From NCBI GenBank assembly GCA_001600695.1, contig BCKQ01000008.1, positions 70,453 to 134,452 of the forward strand: DNA of 64,000 nucleotides, read 5' to 3'. A model generated the notes under the pieces. That model was not told the DNA's origin. It did no database searches and worked only from the letters and a program-made list of their open reading frames with translations. How positions within the stretch are numbered: the first letter of the stretch is position 1; every line of letters begins with the position of its first letter. Position numbers and translations under genes: made by a program. This DNA is from Ascoidea asiatica JCM 7603. Lineage: Eukaryota; Fungi; Ascomycota. Positions 11,965-23,435 of the stretch are shown piece by piece.

Positions 11965-13035
11965 TTAATCAGATTTTTGAGCATTTAATCTTTGTCTTTC
12001 TTGTTTTCTTAAAGCTCTTCTTCTAATATCTTTATGCATATTATAATTAATTTTATTTGTTATTTTACTATAAACTCCAACAGTATTTTCAATAAACCAA
12101 TGCATTAAAGCATGAGACCAAAATGGAGTTGAAGTCATAAATCTTTCTTGAGCTCCACATCTTTTATTCCAATTATTTAATGTTGAATTAACAAAATTTT
12201 TTGGATTTGGTATTAATAATGAACTTTTTCTAATTTTTGACATTTTTGAAGTAACTAAATATGAAATTATACAAGTTACTTGAATTTTATTTAAAATTAA
12301 TTCACTTGATAATGAATTTGACCAATTTTGTAAAAAAGCTTTTGAACCTGAATAAATTGAGAGATATGGAGTTGGAATTAAACCAGAAAATGAACCCATA
12401 TTTAAAATTAAACCATTTTTTAAATTTTTTTCATTAATTGTTAATTTAATTCTATTTTGAATAATTTTTGTAAATTTAATTGTTGAAAAACAATTAATAT
12501 TAATAATATTATTTAATTCATTATTATTAATTTCTTCAAAAGATACTGGAATTGAATGAGATTGTCCAACATTATTAATTAAAATACTTATTGGTAAATT
12601 TTTTGTTTTTAATTCAATTTCATTTAAATAATTATCAATTTTTGAAGCATCATAAACTAAAATTTCAGTTTTTACATTATATTTATCATTTATTTCTTTT
12701 GATAATTCAATTAATTTTGATTCAGTTCTTGAAGCTAATAAAATATTAAAACCTTTTTTAGCTAATTGTAAAGAAAATTCTTTACCAATACCATCAGAAG
12801 CTCCAGTAATTATAGCCCAACATGATTTATCTTTTGATTGATAATTATTATAATTAACAGATGGAAAAATTGTTAAATCTAAAATCATTGAAAAAAAAGA
12901 TAATGAAAGAATTGTAACTTTCCATGAACCAATAATTAAAATTAAAAGTAAAAAATAATTAAGTAATTTACAATCAGTGATTGTTAATAAATCAGCAAAA
13001 CCTGAACAAAAATTTAAAACAGCTCTTGAATCCAT
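11965..13035 (-). CDS. IFA38: Very-long-chain 3-oxoacyl-CoA reductase (SDR)
   Basis: TGASDGIGKEF, LINNVGQSHSIP, YSGSKAF (YxxxK), KMSKIRKSS. Adjacent to CDC28 as in S. cerevisiae (YBR159W/YBR160W). Confidence 0.93.
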   Translation of the reverse strand: MDSRAVLNFCSGFADLLTITDCKLLNYFLLLILIIGSWKVTILSLSFFSMILDLTIFPSVNYNNYQSKDKSCWAIITGASDGIGKEFSLQLAKKGFNILLASRTESKLIELSKEINDKYNVKTEILVYDASKIDNYLNEIELKTKNLPISILINNVGQSHSIPVSFEEINNNELNNIININCFSTIKFTKIIQNRIKLTINEKNLKNGLILNMGSFSGLIPTPYLSIYSGSKAFLQNWSNSLSSELILNKIQVTCIISYLVTSKMSKIRKSSLLIPNPKNFVNSTLNNWNKRCGAQERFMTSTPFWSHALMHWFIENTVGVYSKITNKINYNMHKDIRRRALRKQERQRLNAQKSD

Positions 13036-13664
13036 TTTGCAATAAATAATATTTAAAAGTTTTAATCAATAAATTGTTTCTAACTACCAAAGACTGAGTA
13101 TATTTAAATATCAATTGAATGTTCAAGAAATAGATTGATTCAAATGATTCAATTGACTCAATTCAAATTCAAATCTGGAGCAGAATTTGAATTTAAATTT
13201 ATTTCAATTGAATCAATTTTTGTTTGCACTTGGCTTGAATTTGAACTTAGCCACGAGGAAAGGCTTTTTAATCCCAATGCGGTATTATTTTATTAAAGAG
13301 TGGCGTTGTAATTTAGCGTCAAGTTTAGCGTTGTTTTAGCGTTGTTTTTGTGTTGCGAAGGTGAATTTGAATCTTTTTCAGTCTCAGGAGAAAGAAATCA
13401 GAGGAAGAGAAGACAAGAAGACAAGAAGAAGAGAAGAAGAGAAGAAGAGAAGAGAAGCCAAGAAAAAGACATGAAGAAGACAAGAAGTAGTTACGAGAAG
13501 TCAGTGGAATCATTTAAGGACAATCGAAAGTCATTTATTTTTCATAGAAGTAAAGTAAATCAGAAATAAGATAAAAAAAAAAAGAAGAAGTTAAAAATAT
13601 ATATATTTTGAAAGAATTAAAAGATAAAAATAAAAAAAGAAGACATAATAATAAGCACGTCTGA

Positions 13665-14330
13665 TTACATACGTCTTTGAGCTTGATCAAGACCTTCATT
13701 TAAACCTTGTTGAGCCAAGTTTTGTTTTCTACCTGAAGATCTGGTAGTACGTTGTTGACCAGATAAAGAAGGATCATTTTGTAAACCACCAGAAACACCA
13801 CGAGGTTGTTTTTGATAACCTTGAGCAGCAATTTGAGAATCATCAATATTATCAGAACCAGTTGAAGAAAATTGATTTGCACCAGCAGATTGTTGATGAG
13901 AACCCATTCCAGAACCAGAACCCATGGCACCAGTAGAACCCATACCTGAAGAAGTCATTCCAGATCTATGTTGTTGTTGTTGATGTAATGGTTGATTTGA
14001 TGAAGAAGATAAACCTTGGCCTTGACTTAAACCTTGAGATTGACCTAAACCTTGAGATTGACCTAAACCTTGAGATTGATGTTGAGGATGTTGAGAAGAA
14101 CCACCACCTAACATAGAATTAGTTCCAGTACCATCATTATAACCAGGTTCATTAGTTGAATAAGCTTGATCATAATTTGCACCAGAACCTTTCAAACCAC
14201 TAGCTTTTTGTTGTTGAGCTCCAGCTTGATTTGAACCCATTTGAGATCTTTGTTGTTGACCTGCAAGATTTTGTTGTTGTTGTTCATCACCAGATAATTT
14301 ATTAGAAAGTTTGTTTATAAATCCAGACAT
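13665..14330 (-). CDS. Gly/Gln/Ser-rich hydrophilin, GRE1/SIP18-like
   Basis: N-terminus MSGFINKLSNKLSGD resembles Gre1 MSNLLNKFADKLHG. Strong GGT/CAA/TCT codon bias, QSQGLG repeats, STRE sites upstream. Confidence 0.6.
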   Translation of the reverse strand: MSGFINKLSNKLSGDEQQQQNLAGQQQRSQMGSNQAGAQQQKASGLKGSGANYDQAYSTNEPGYNDGTGTNSMLGGGSSQHPQHQSQGLGQSQGLGQSQGLSQGQGLSSSSNQPLHQQQQHRSGMTSSGMGSTGAMGSGSGMGSHQQSAGANQFSSTGSDNIDDSQIAAQGYQKQPRGVSGGLQNDPSLSGQQRTTRSSGRKQNLAQQGLNEGLDQAQRRM

Positions 14331-15110
14331 TTTGAAGTAATTTAAGTAAGAAGTTTTAATTAAAGAGTTAATTTAAAGTGTAAAAAATATAAGTTATAAT
14401 TTAAAAATTCAATATATATATAAGATAAAATTGAATAATAATAATTATGATTTAAAAAATAATTTAAAAAAAAAAAAAAAGAAGAAATAAATGGATTATT
14501 TATATATTTATTTTTTGGTATATGAATCTTTGAATAAATCTTTGAATACTTCTTGGAATACTTTAACAAACTTCTTGAACAAATTTGTATTTCATTGAGA
14601 TTTAAATCTTAGAATATCTTATGTATAGTAAATTGTTGGAGATGAGAGATATAAAAATCATTGTTGCTAGCAATTATAATTGAAATAATTACTTAATTCA
14701 ATTAAATCATTTAATAAAAATTAATTATTTCTTTAATAAATTAATGAATGAATGAATGAATGAATTTATTAAAGAATTAATTGAATTTTAAAATGCCTCA
14801 TTAATTGATAAATATTATAATTGAAAACATTAGCAATCGAAAGAATTAAAAAAAAGAAAGAAGGAAAGAATTCTATATGATTTAATTAATTGAATATGAA
14901 ATAAATGTAATATATGACATCAAGAATAAAATAGTAATTATTTATTTTAAATTAATTTATAATATTTTTGGGGTAAATGAATAAATATTGATAATTAATT
15001 TTAAATGAATAATTGGATTAATTGGATTAATTGAATTATGTTGGATTGAATTGAATTGAATTAAGTTCAATTGATTTGATTTGATAATAATTATTAGAAA
15101 AGAAAGGTCT

Positions 15111-15164
15111 GGAATTGGAATTGGAATTGGAATTGGAATTGGAATTGGAATTGGAATTGGAATT
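15111..15164 (+). repeat. (GGAATT)9 microsatellite
   Basis: Read directly from the sequence. Confidence 0.9.
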
Positions 15165-15559
15165 GAATTGAATTGAATTGAAGGAATGTAATTTAATTGT
15201 AATTATGACTGAATATATTCATCTTTTACATTTGATGATGATGATAATAATAATAGTAGTGGTGAAATATAGAATATTCTTTTTTATTAAAGGACCACTG
15301 AATTTAAATGGAATTTGATATGTAATTGAATTTAATATGTAATTGGAATAAGATTTCAATAAGATTTCAATAAAATGTGAATAAGATGTGAATAAGATGT
15401 GAAATATGATTACGAGGCAAGTAATGAATCAATCAGATTTGAAGAAGTTGTAAAAAGAAAATAAATCTTTTTTTCTCGAAAAAATCGATGAAATAAATCT
15501 TTGCTCATAAAAATGATCAGAAACTTTAAATGGAATAAAATTAAGATTCAGAAACAAAA

Positions 15560-15830
15560 ATAATCACATGACAATAAAAAGGGGTCCCGTTGTGATGGTA
15601 GTTCCACTGGGCTGGATGTACCAGCCGAAAGGTACTACCAACTAAGCGGTACTACCATACACAAGGTACTACCATTTCAATGGATCATTAGCCGCATTTT
15701 CTTTTTAGTGCAAACAAGCCGTAGTCAGGCTGGTTATAATTTAAGTACCAAAACTGTGGGTCACGCCACGAGCACCACCAGCTCAGCCCCCGCTTTCAAC
15801 TCAAACGGGTAATTCCAGCCCCTTTCATAT
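15560..15830. promoter_or_regulatory. GC-rich UAS-like island upstream of the hydrophilin gene
   Basis: STRE AGGGG 15580-15584 and CCCCT 15819-15823; TCACATGAC 15564; GGTACTACCA x3; Reb1-like CGGGTAA near 15806. Confidence 0.5.
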
Positions 15831-16509
15831 TAAATTTTCATCTTTTTCACAAAGCCAAACAAATTCAAATTCAAATTCACCAAAATCTGAATGAATTTTG
15901 ATTTTGTTTCAAAACAACAGAAATATCAAAAGTTTCAAATAAAAACTAGATCAGAATCAGATCAGAATCAGATCAGAATCAAAAAATGATTAGAAAATGT
16001 ATCAAACAAAAGGTCATCATTCTTTCATGGGTCAAAGCTTTAATTTAAATTATTTCTAATATTAAATCAAGCGACCTGAAAACGATGGTTTTATAGTCGA
16101 ATAATCAATTTCTGATTTCTTTAAATTTTAAATAATATTAAAATATTACTTAAAACTTTTACTATTGTCTATAATTTAAAATAAAAAATAATTATAAACT
16201 ATTTAGTTAGAAATCATTATGATTAGAATAAAATATTATTTAATTTCAATTTAATGATAATCAAATTCTCTTTCTTTTATGTCAATTTCAATTTGGGTCA
16301 CCCTGTCTTGAAAACACTTTTGAAAACACTTTTGAAAACACTTTTTTATTTATCAGGGCTAAAATATCCATATAAAAAGTACTAATATAATAATATAATA
16401 TGAAATAAATGTATAAAACGAGTCTATAAATCTATAAATCTATAATCTATAATCTATAATCTATAATCTATAATCTATAATCTAGTCAAGTTTAACATAA
16501 CACATTCAA

Positions 16510-19500
16510 TTATGATTTTGTAGAAACTGAAGTGTTCTCTTTTGGTAAATAAATCTCTGTTTTACCAATTAATTTATTTTCTTCTTTTTTATTTTCAGAA
16601 TTATTACCATAATTATTACCATATTTATCATTTTTATTATTGAAATAAACTATATTATCTAATTTTAATTCATCTAAATCAATTAATGGTAATGGTGCTC
16701 TAGAAACTAATAATTTAGATTTAAATTCACTTATATCAATAATCTTTATACCACTTGGATATAAATCTAAATATGATTTATCTAATTTAGATATTATTGT
16801 TGGTGTTATATTACTTATAATATCTTCATTACTTAATTTTGATGATTTAAATAAAAATCTTAATTCTGATAATATATCATAAACTTTATCATTTATAGAA
16901 AATAATTGATTATTATTATCATTATAAATATATTTATTAATAATTTTTTCTAATCTTTCATTTGAAATTATTATATCTTTTAATAATAATTCATTTTTTA
17001 TTGAAGATTCTATAATTTTTTTTAAATTTAAATTATTATCTTCAATTTTATTATTATCATAATTTTTTAAATGAACAATTAATTTAGCTCTAATTGATGA
17101 TTTTGGTGATATATAATAAAGATAAAAATATAATAATTCTTTTCTACTTAAATTTTTTAAAATTTTTATATAATCAATTAAATTTCTAAAATCAAAATAT
17201 CCTGATTTTATATGATTCCAATAAAAATAAAATTCTTCACTCATATTTTGAAAATTTATTAATAAATCATTTGAAATTTTTTTTATAATTATATTAAATT
17301 CTTTTATTGTTAAATTTCTTAAATAATTTTCAAAAATTTTATTTAAAAAATTATCAACTCTTGATTCAATAAATTCTGTTGGTAATTCACTTTGAATTAA
17401 AATTCTTAATCCAATTGTTGTTCTTGTACTTCTTAATCCTGCTGTCATTATATATCCTAATTGTTCTTTATTTCTTAATTCATTTATCATTAATTCTTCA
17501 ATAATATTACTAATAATATATAATAAAACTTGAGAAGTTTTATCTTCTTTTATACCACATTGAATATATTCATCAATACAAACTGATGAAATTTCTTTAT
17601 TAATAACTTCATAATTATAATTATCTCCTTGATATAAAATTAATGATCTACCTAAAATTTTTTCACTTGATGTTAATGATTGATTTTTATTACATAAATT
17701 ATTTTTAATTAATTTATTTATAATATTACAATTTTTTATATTAAAATTTCCATAAATAAAACATTCATATGAAAATAATTCAAATGGATTATAATTTTTA
17801 AAATTTGAAAATTTTAATTGATTTAATGAACTTAATTTTTCATCAATATTCCATGAATTTTCATTTAATAAACATGATGAATAAATATCAATTTGATTAA
17901 ATGGTTCACTTAATTTATAATTATTATATAATCTTTTTAAATTTTTTTTATATTTATTAAAATCTTCTTCATTCATATTACTATAATTATTTGAATTATT
18001 TTCAAATTTTAATAATTTTATTATTGTTTCAAATAAATTTAATAATTTTTCATTATATCCATTAATTTGTAAATAAAATCCATTATAACTTGGTTCAAAA
18101 CTAAAATATAATCCTGCAAGATTTGCTTCATATTGAATTTTTTCACAAATTTCATTAATATATCTTATAAATATATTACATTTTATTGAATTTACTGGTG
18201 ATATATGTGATGATGGATTTCTAATTAATAATCCAACATATCCTTTTGGTACTTTACTTGTTTGTTTTAACCATGTTCTACCAAATTCATTACTTTCAAA
18301 AAGTATTGGAGGTTTATAATTATTAATATAATTTGCTTCTTTTTGTCTTTCTTCAATTATTTGTCTTGTTTCATCACTCATATCACTTTTTTTATTTTCC
18401 TCTTCTTCATTGTCATTTTCATTTTCATTTTCATTTTCATTTACTTTTTCTTCTTTTTGATTTTGTAATGGAATTATAGAAATATCTGGAAATGATGATA
18501 ACATTTCACGATATAAATTTTTATTATATTTATAAGTTAATAATTCTTTATCTGATAAAAGTTCAAATTCTTTTGGTAAATATCTATTTGGTAAAGGTAA
18601 TGAAAAATAATTACCATTTTTTCTAATCATTCTAATTAATTTTCTAAAAAAATCAACATTTAATTTTTCAACAGAATATCTTGTATTTAAAAATGGTTCT
18701 TTTCTATAAAGATGATGATCATTATTTTTACTTATTAATAAACTTCTAAAATTTCTAATATTTAAATATTTATTACCAAATTCTTTAATTTCTTCTGGAT
18801 GAAATTTTTTTAATAAAAATGATCCAAGAATATCTTTTCTTAATAAATATCTATCTTGTAAAACAGAAGCTAAAGTTGAAGTTGTTTCAGTTTCTGGAAT
18901 TTTTTGACGACATTTAAATCTACCATATTCCATTGATTTTAATTCATTAAAAATCCATTTTTGTGGTGTAGATTTATTTAACATTTCAATATAATTAAAT
19001 ACATAACCAATAATTTCATCATATCTATTAAAACCTTCATCAGTTAATTGAATAATAATTTTAAATAAATCATCATTATCACTAATATGAGTTATACCTG
19101 CAGATAAATTTATTGCTAAATTTTCACTTTTTAAATATGAAATTATTGAACCATTACCTTCATGAGAAATTAAATGAATATAATATTGAGAAGGATTTGA
19201 TTGATAATATGGTCTTTGATCTGGTATTGGAAAACAAATTCTTAATTCTTGTTTATCCATTATTGGTTTAATTTTAATTATAGTACCTAAAGAATTTTTA
19301 TTAATTGGATGTTGATTATTATAATTATAAATACCATTTTGATTTGATAAATTTTTTAAATTTGAAAAATTATCTAAAGTTAATTTTGTTAAATTATCTA
19401 AAGATTGATTACTTAAAATAACTAATTTCATTAAATTTGGAATATAAAATTTTTGATAAAATTTTAAAACTTCTAATTTTATATTAATATTTGAATTTAA

Positions 19501-20472
19501 AAGAGAATCATGTAAAGTATTAATATTACCATTTGAGAAATTATGATAAGGATGATTTAAATTTGAAATTTTTTTTTCAACTTGTCTAATTTTCCATTGA
19601 TCATTTTTAAAAATTTTATTAAATTCTGAATCAACACTTTGAATTTCTCTTTCAATTAAAGATTTATTAATAATATTTTCATTAATTGGATAAATATTTA
19701 AATTTTGAAAATAAGAAGAAAATTTTTTAAAAGAAGAATTAAATTTTTCATTTAAAATATCATAATAATAATTAGTTTCTTCATCAGAAGTAAAAGCATT
19801 TGAAATACCTAAATTATCATCAATAAAATTTTCAAATTGATTTTCATCACCATTAAATTTATTATTAAATTCATTCATATTTATATAATTTTTACACATA
19901 AATAATACATGTTCACATAAATGTGCTAAACCTTTAATATTTTTAGGATCTTGAAATCTACCAGATTTTATACTTAATGAAGTTGAAGATTTTTGAGTTT
20001 CAATATCATTAATTAATAAAACTTCTAAACCATTTTTAAGATTTAATAATCTATAAGATCTATTATCAGATAATGGTTTTTGAATATTTTCATTAATTGA
20101 AATTAATCTTGAATCTAATGGAGGTTCTTCAATAATACTAAAATTTATTGGTTTTGTAGTATAAAATCTTTTTGTTATATGAACATTGTTTATATAACTA
20201 AAGTTGTTAAAATTATTAAGATTATTGAAATTGAAAGATAATTTCAAGTTATTATTTTTATTTTTATTTTTATTTTTATTTATATTTATATTTTGAAATG
20301 AAATATAATTGGTCTGATATCTATGAAATTTATTAAAAGAATTTGTAAAAGAACTTCTTAAAGGATTCAATAAAGCAGGTAATTGTTTATTGATAGAATT
20401 AATAAAAGTTTGTTTTATAAATAAAGAAGAATTTGAATTAATTATTGATGAAATTGAATTATATAGGGACAT
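16510..20472 (-). CDS. STE23: Insulysin-family (M16A) zinc metalloprotease, Ste23-like
   Basis: Inverted zinc motif GLAHLCEHVLFM (HxxEH), SNAFT, EREIQSVDSEF, FSNGNINTL, HLISHEGNGS, ELRNKEQLGY. A divergent paralogue or an Axl1-type assignment is not excluded. Confidence 0.75.
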   Translation of the reverse strand: MSLYNSISSIINSNSSLFIKQTFINSINKQLPALLNPLRSSFTNSFNKFHRYQTNYISFQNININKNKNKNKNNNLKLSFNFNNLNNFNNFSYINNVHITKRFYTTKPINFSIIEEPPLDSRLISINENIQKPLSDNRSYRLLNLKNGLEVLLINDIETQKSSTSLSIKSGRFQDPKNIKGLAHLCEHVLFMCKNYINMNEFNNKFNGDENQFENFIDDNLGISNAFTSDEETNYYYDILNEKFNSSFKKFSSYFQNLNIYPINENIINKSLIEREIQSVDSEFNKIFKNDQWKIRQVEKKISNLNHPYHNFSNGNINTLHDSLLNSNINIKLEVLKFYQKFYIPNLMKLVILSNQSLDNLTKLTLDNFSNLKNLSNQNGIYNYNNQHPINKNSLGTIIKIKPIMDKQELRICFPIPDQRPYYQSNPSQYYIHLISHEGNGSIISYLKSENLAINLSAGITHISDNDDLFKIIIQLTDEGFNRYDEIIGYVFNYIEMLNKSTPQKWIFNELKSMEYGRFKCRQKIPETETTSTLASVLQDRYLLRKDILGSFLLKKFHPEEIKEFGNKYLNIRNFRSLLISKNNDHHLYRKEPFLNTRYSVEKLNVDFFRKLIRMIRKNGNYFSLPLPNRYLPKEFELLSDKELLTYKYNKNLYREMLSSFPDISIIPLQNQKEEKVNENENENENDNEEEENKKSDMSDETRQIIEERQKEANYINNYKPPILFESNEFGRTWLKQTSKVPKGYVGLLIRNPSSHISPVNSIKCNIFIRYINEICEKIQYEANLAGLYFSFEPSYNGFYLQINGYNEKLLNLFETIIKLLKFENNSNNYSNMNEEDFNKYKKNLKRLYNNYKLSEPFNQIDIYSSCLLNENSWNIDEKLSSLNQLKFSNFKNYNPFELFSYECFIYGNFNIKNCNIINKLIKNNLCNKNQSLTSSEKILGRSLILYQGDNYNYEVINKEISSVCIDEYIQCGIKEDKTSQVLLYIISNIIEELMINELRNKEQLGYIMTAGLRSTRTTIGLRILIQSELPTEFIESRVDNFLNKIFENYLRNLTIKEFNIIIKKISNDLLINFQNMSEEFYFYWNHIKSGYFDFRNLIDYIKILKNLSRKELLYFYLYYISPKSSIRAKLIVHLKNYDNNKIEDNNLNLKKIIESSIKNELLLKDIIISNERLEKIINKYIYNDNNNQLFSINDKVYDILSELRFLFKSSKLSNEDIISNITPTIISKLDKSYLDLYPSGIKIIDISEFKSKLLVSRAPLPLIDLDELKLDNIVYFNNKNDKYGNNYGNNSENKKEENKLIGKTEIYLPKENTSVSTKS

Positions 20473-21474
20473 TATATTTTTTTTCTTTAAAATTCAATCA
20501 GTATCCTTAAATTATTTCATGATTAGATTATTCAATTTTACTGAAATCAAATCTTTATTTTCTTTTACTCTTTTATTAAGTTCAAAAAAATATATTATAT
20601 TCAATATTTCAAATTTGAAAATAATTTGTCGTCTTTTTTTTACATCGTTTTTCTGTAATATATATATATATATATATATATATATCAAGTATTTCATTTT
20701 TACTGATATTATCATTTGATAATACTCAATAAATAAAACTGATTTCTATTGACAATATGATTAGAATTCGAAATTAGTAGATGAAAATTTATCCTAAAGG
20801 CATATTATATAATTCTAAAGAGTGCTATTCATTTAGGAGTGATCCTAAACTGGTGTTTATGTCATTGTAGGCTGTTAAAGTTCTGAAAAAGGGTTGTTAC
20901 TTCTAAGTGCCATAAACCAAAGATGAAGTGTTCTTCAATTGCATTATAAACTCTAGATGAAATATGAAATATGAAATATGAATAGGTGATAAAGGTGAAA
21001 GAGTGCTTAGACCTGGCTGACATTATCAGGTTATATTCTGCTATTCCATATATTCATCATCTCTCTTCTTCAGTTGAGTGTCTCCATCACTTTTCACTGT
21101 TTTCCAACCTTTTTTTTTTTGTTTCTCTTTCGCTCGTTCATCGTCTGACGCTGCTTTTTTTGCTGCTCACTCGCCACCCACAAAAAGAAACAGAAGCAAA
21201 ACGTGACTTTGAGAGAACCGAGACCAGAACAGCGGATGCTCTGACAGTGAGACCATGTTTGGGGTACTTCTTTTTCGGCGTTTTTTTGATCCGAAATTGA
21301 AAATTGCATCAGCCATTTAAAACCAGCCACGTTCCTAAATAGGGAAAAAAAGTGATGAGGACCCTTTTTTTTTAATTATTATAAATCAGTATTTATATTT
21401 ATTGTCTGATGGAATAGAAATTAGGAAAGCATCTATTAGATATACTGTAGAACCAACTGGGATTTGGTAATGAT

Positions 21475-23435
21475 TTATATTCTATCTTGAGTTGCTTCTT
21501 TCTGTTTATCATATATTATATGTTCTGGGCTTATTTGTTCATATAACTCAAACAGACTATCATTATTATTTCTGTGAGTAATACTTTTATCTGACATTGA
21601 TCTTTCAACTTCTGATGAATGAATTATTGGAATTATTACTTCATCAACAATTATATTTTTATGATTATCAATTAAAATCATTTCATTATTATTATTATTT
21701 TCAATATCGCTTGCTTTTTCTCGTTTCTTTAAAAGTTTTTTACATTCCAATTTCACATTTAATTTTAATTTTAATTTTAATTTTAATTTAATTTTATCAT
21801 AAATTCCTTTCCATAAACCATGAGTTGCATTTAAAATAATTAAAAAAATCAATAATCCAGTTAAAAATGATTGAAATCCTAATAAAATAAATCCAATTAT
21901 TGTTCTTTTAAATAAATTAAATCCAATTTGTTTTGTAAATAATAAACTTAAAATTAAACTTATAACTCTAATAATTTGAATAAAAATATTTAAAAAATTA
22001 TTAATTTTAAAATTATATGGTTTTAAAATTATTAAAATATTTAAAAATATAAAATCAATAATTAATTGTCCAATAATTTGAATAAATCCATTATTATAAA
22101 ATAATCCAATAATTAAATTTCTTTTATTTTTTTCTCTTTATTGATTAATTTCAATGAATTTGATGATTTTATTGAAATTTGTACAGATTTATTCAGTTTC
22201 AATTCAAATATTTTATTATCACTATTAATTTGAGTATTATTGTCATTTTTTTTACTTAATGATTGTTTGAATTCTAGATTTTTCTCTAAATTAATTTCAG
22301 ATGAATTCAATTCAAATAAAAGTCTTTTTAATTCTTTTTTAAAATAAATTTCAATACAAATTCTAAATATTATCATTAATAAAATTGTAATTGAAATAAT
22401 TATTAAAAACCATATAAGTAAAGTCATGAAAGCATTAGTTTTTGGAATATTATTATTTTCTAAGAAATATGGTAATCCATTTTCAGATTTTATTTCAGTT
22501 GTAGAAAAGGAATCTCTTTTTTTTAAAAACTTTATTAAATTATTTGATATTGATGAATTTAAATTTAATTTTGAAATTTGATTTTCTAAAAAATTATCTT
22601 TATATTGAATTTTTAAATTATTTAAAATTTTAAAACTATTTTTATTTAAATTTTCACCACCATTACCAGATCTTAAATTATCAATTGAATTTTGTAAAGA
22701 ATTAAAAGAAATTATACCAATACTCCAAGAAAAATTATTTGAAAAAGATCTATAAACTTTTGGTAAATTTATATTTAATAAACCATTTGTAGCAATTTAT
22801 TGTAAAGTATTCATGAATTCAAATATTCCTGGAGAATTAATACTTAAATTTGAATTACTAATTGAGATTATTAAAGCAACTAAAGCAATAATCATAGTAA
22901 TATATGAAATTGCAGGAATTTCAGCAGAATGACCATTTGAAATTTCAGAAGTAAAACAACCTAAATTTTGATTATGATTTGAAGAATTATATAATTCAAT
23001 TGTTACATAAGCTTCTAAATCAGGAATTGAATAAGCTAATGAAGAAATATCATTAATATAATTTAATGGAATTGAATGATTAAATTCTAAATTATTTTCA
23101 AATTTTTTTTTCAATGGACATAATTCAGAAATATTTGCATTACAAAATGTAATTTGTTTTTGAATTATTGAAATTCCATAAATATTTAATAATATTAAAG
23201 CATAAATCTCAACAGTTTCTTTAACAGAACCAGTTACATTATAAAAAATTGAAGAAGTTTCTTGATTAAATTTCATATAAAAATTATTAACATTAATTAT
23301 TGAATTTGAAGAATTTGAATTTGAATTTGAACATTTATATGAACCTTTTGAAGTTAAGGTAGCTAATGAAAATTGAAAATTTAAGAAAAAAAAAATTAAA
23401 AAATTGAATATATTTAATATATTCTTATAATCCAT
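21475..23435 (-). pseudogene. Disrupted FLC/Pkd2 (TRP-like, flavin-carrier family) membrane protein gene
   Basis: Signal peptide plus TRP_N/ML-like domain (ELCPL, AYSIPDLEAYV, LGCFTSEISNGHS). In-frame TAA at 22799-22797, then same-frame FLC-like sequence (LPKVYRSFSNNFSWSIGII...NAFMTLLIWF) to 22113. A shifted frame 22137-21475 carries the C-terminal TMs (GFIQIIGQLIIDF...LKPY...NNFLNIFIQIIR). Confidence 0.8.

Noticed and set aside
15631-15674. CRISPR-like repeat-spacer interpretation
   Set aside because: 10-bp repeats with 7-bp spacers are far too short, the genome is eukaryotic, and there are no cas genes.
14331-16509. Centromere or transposon in the long intergenic regions (also 52700-54700)
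   Set aside because: No CDE-like arrangement, LTR pair, terminal inverted repeats or transposase/RT motifs recognised.
22797-22799. TAA reassignment to a sense codon
   Set aside because: TAA terminates most conserved genes here at the expected positions (CCT2, CDC28, SET1, SSS1).
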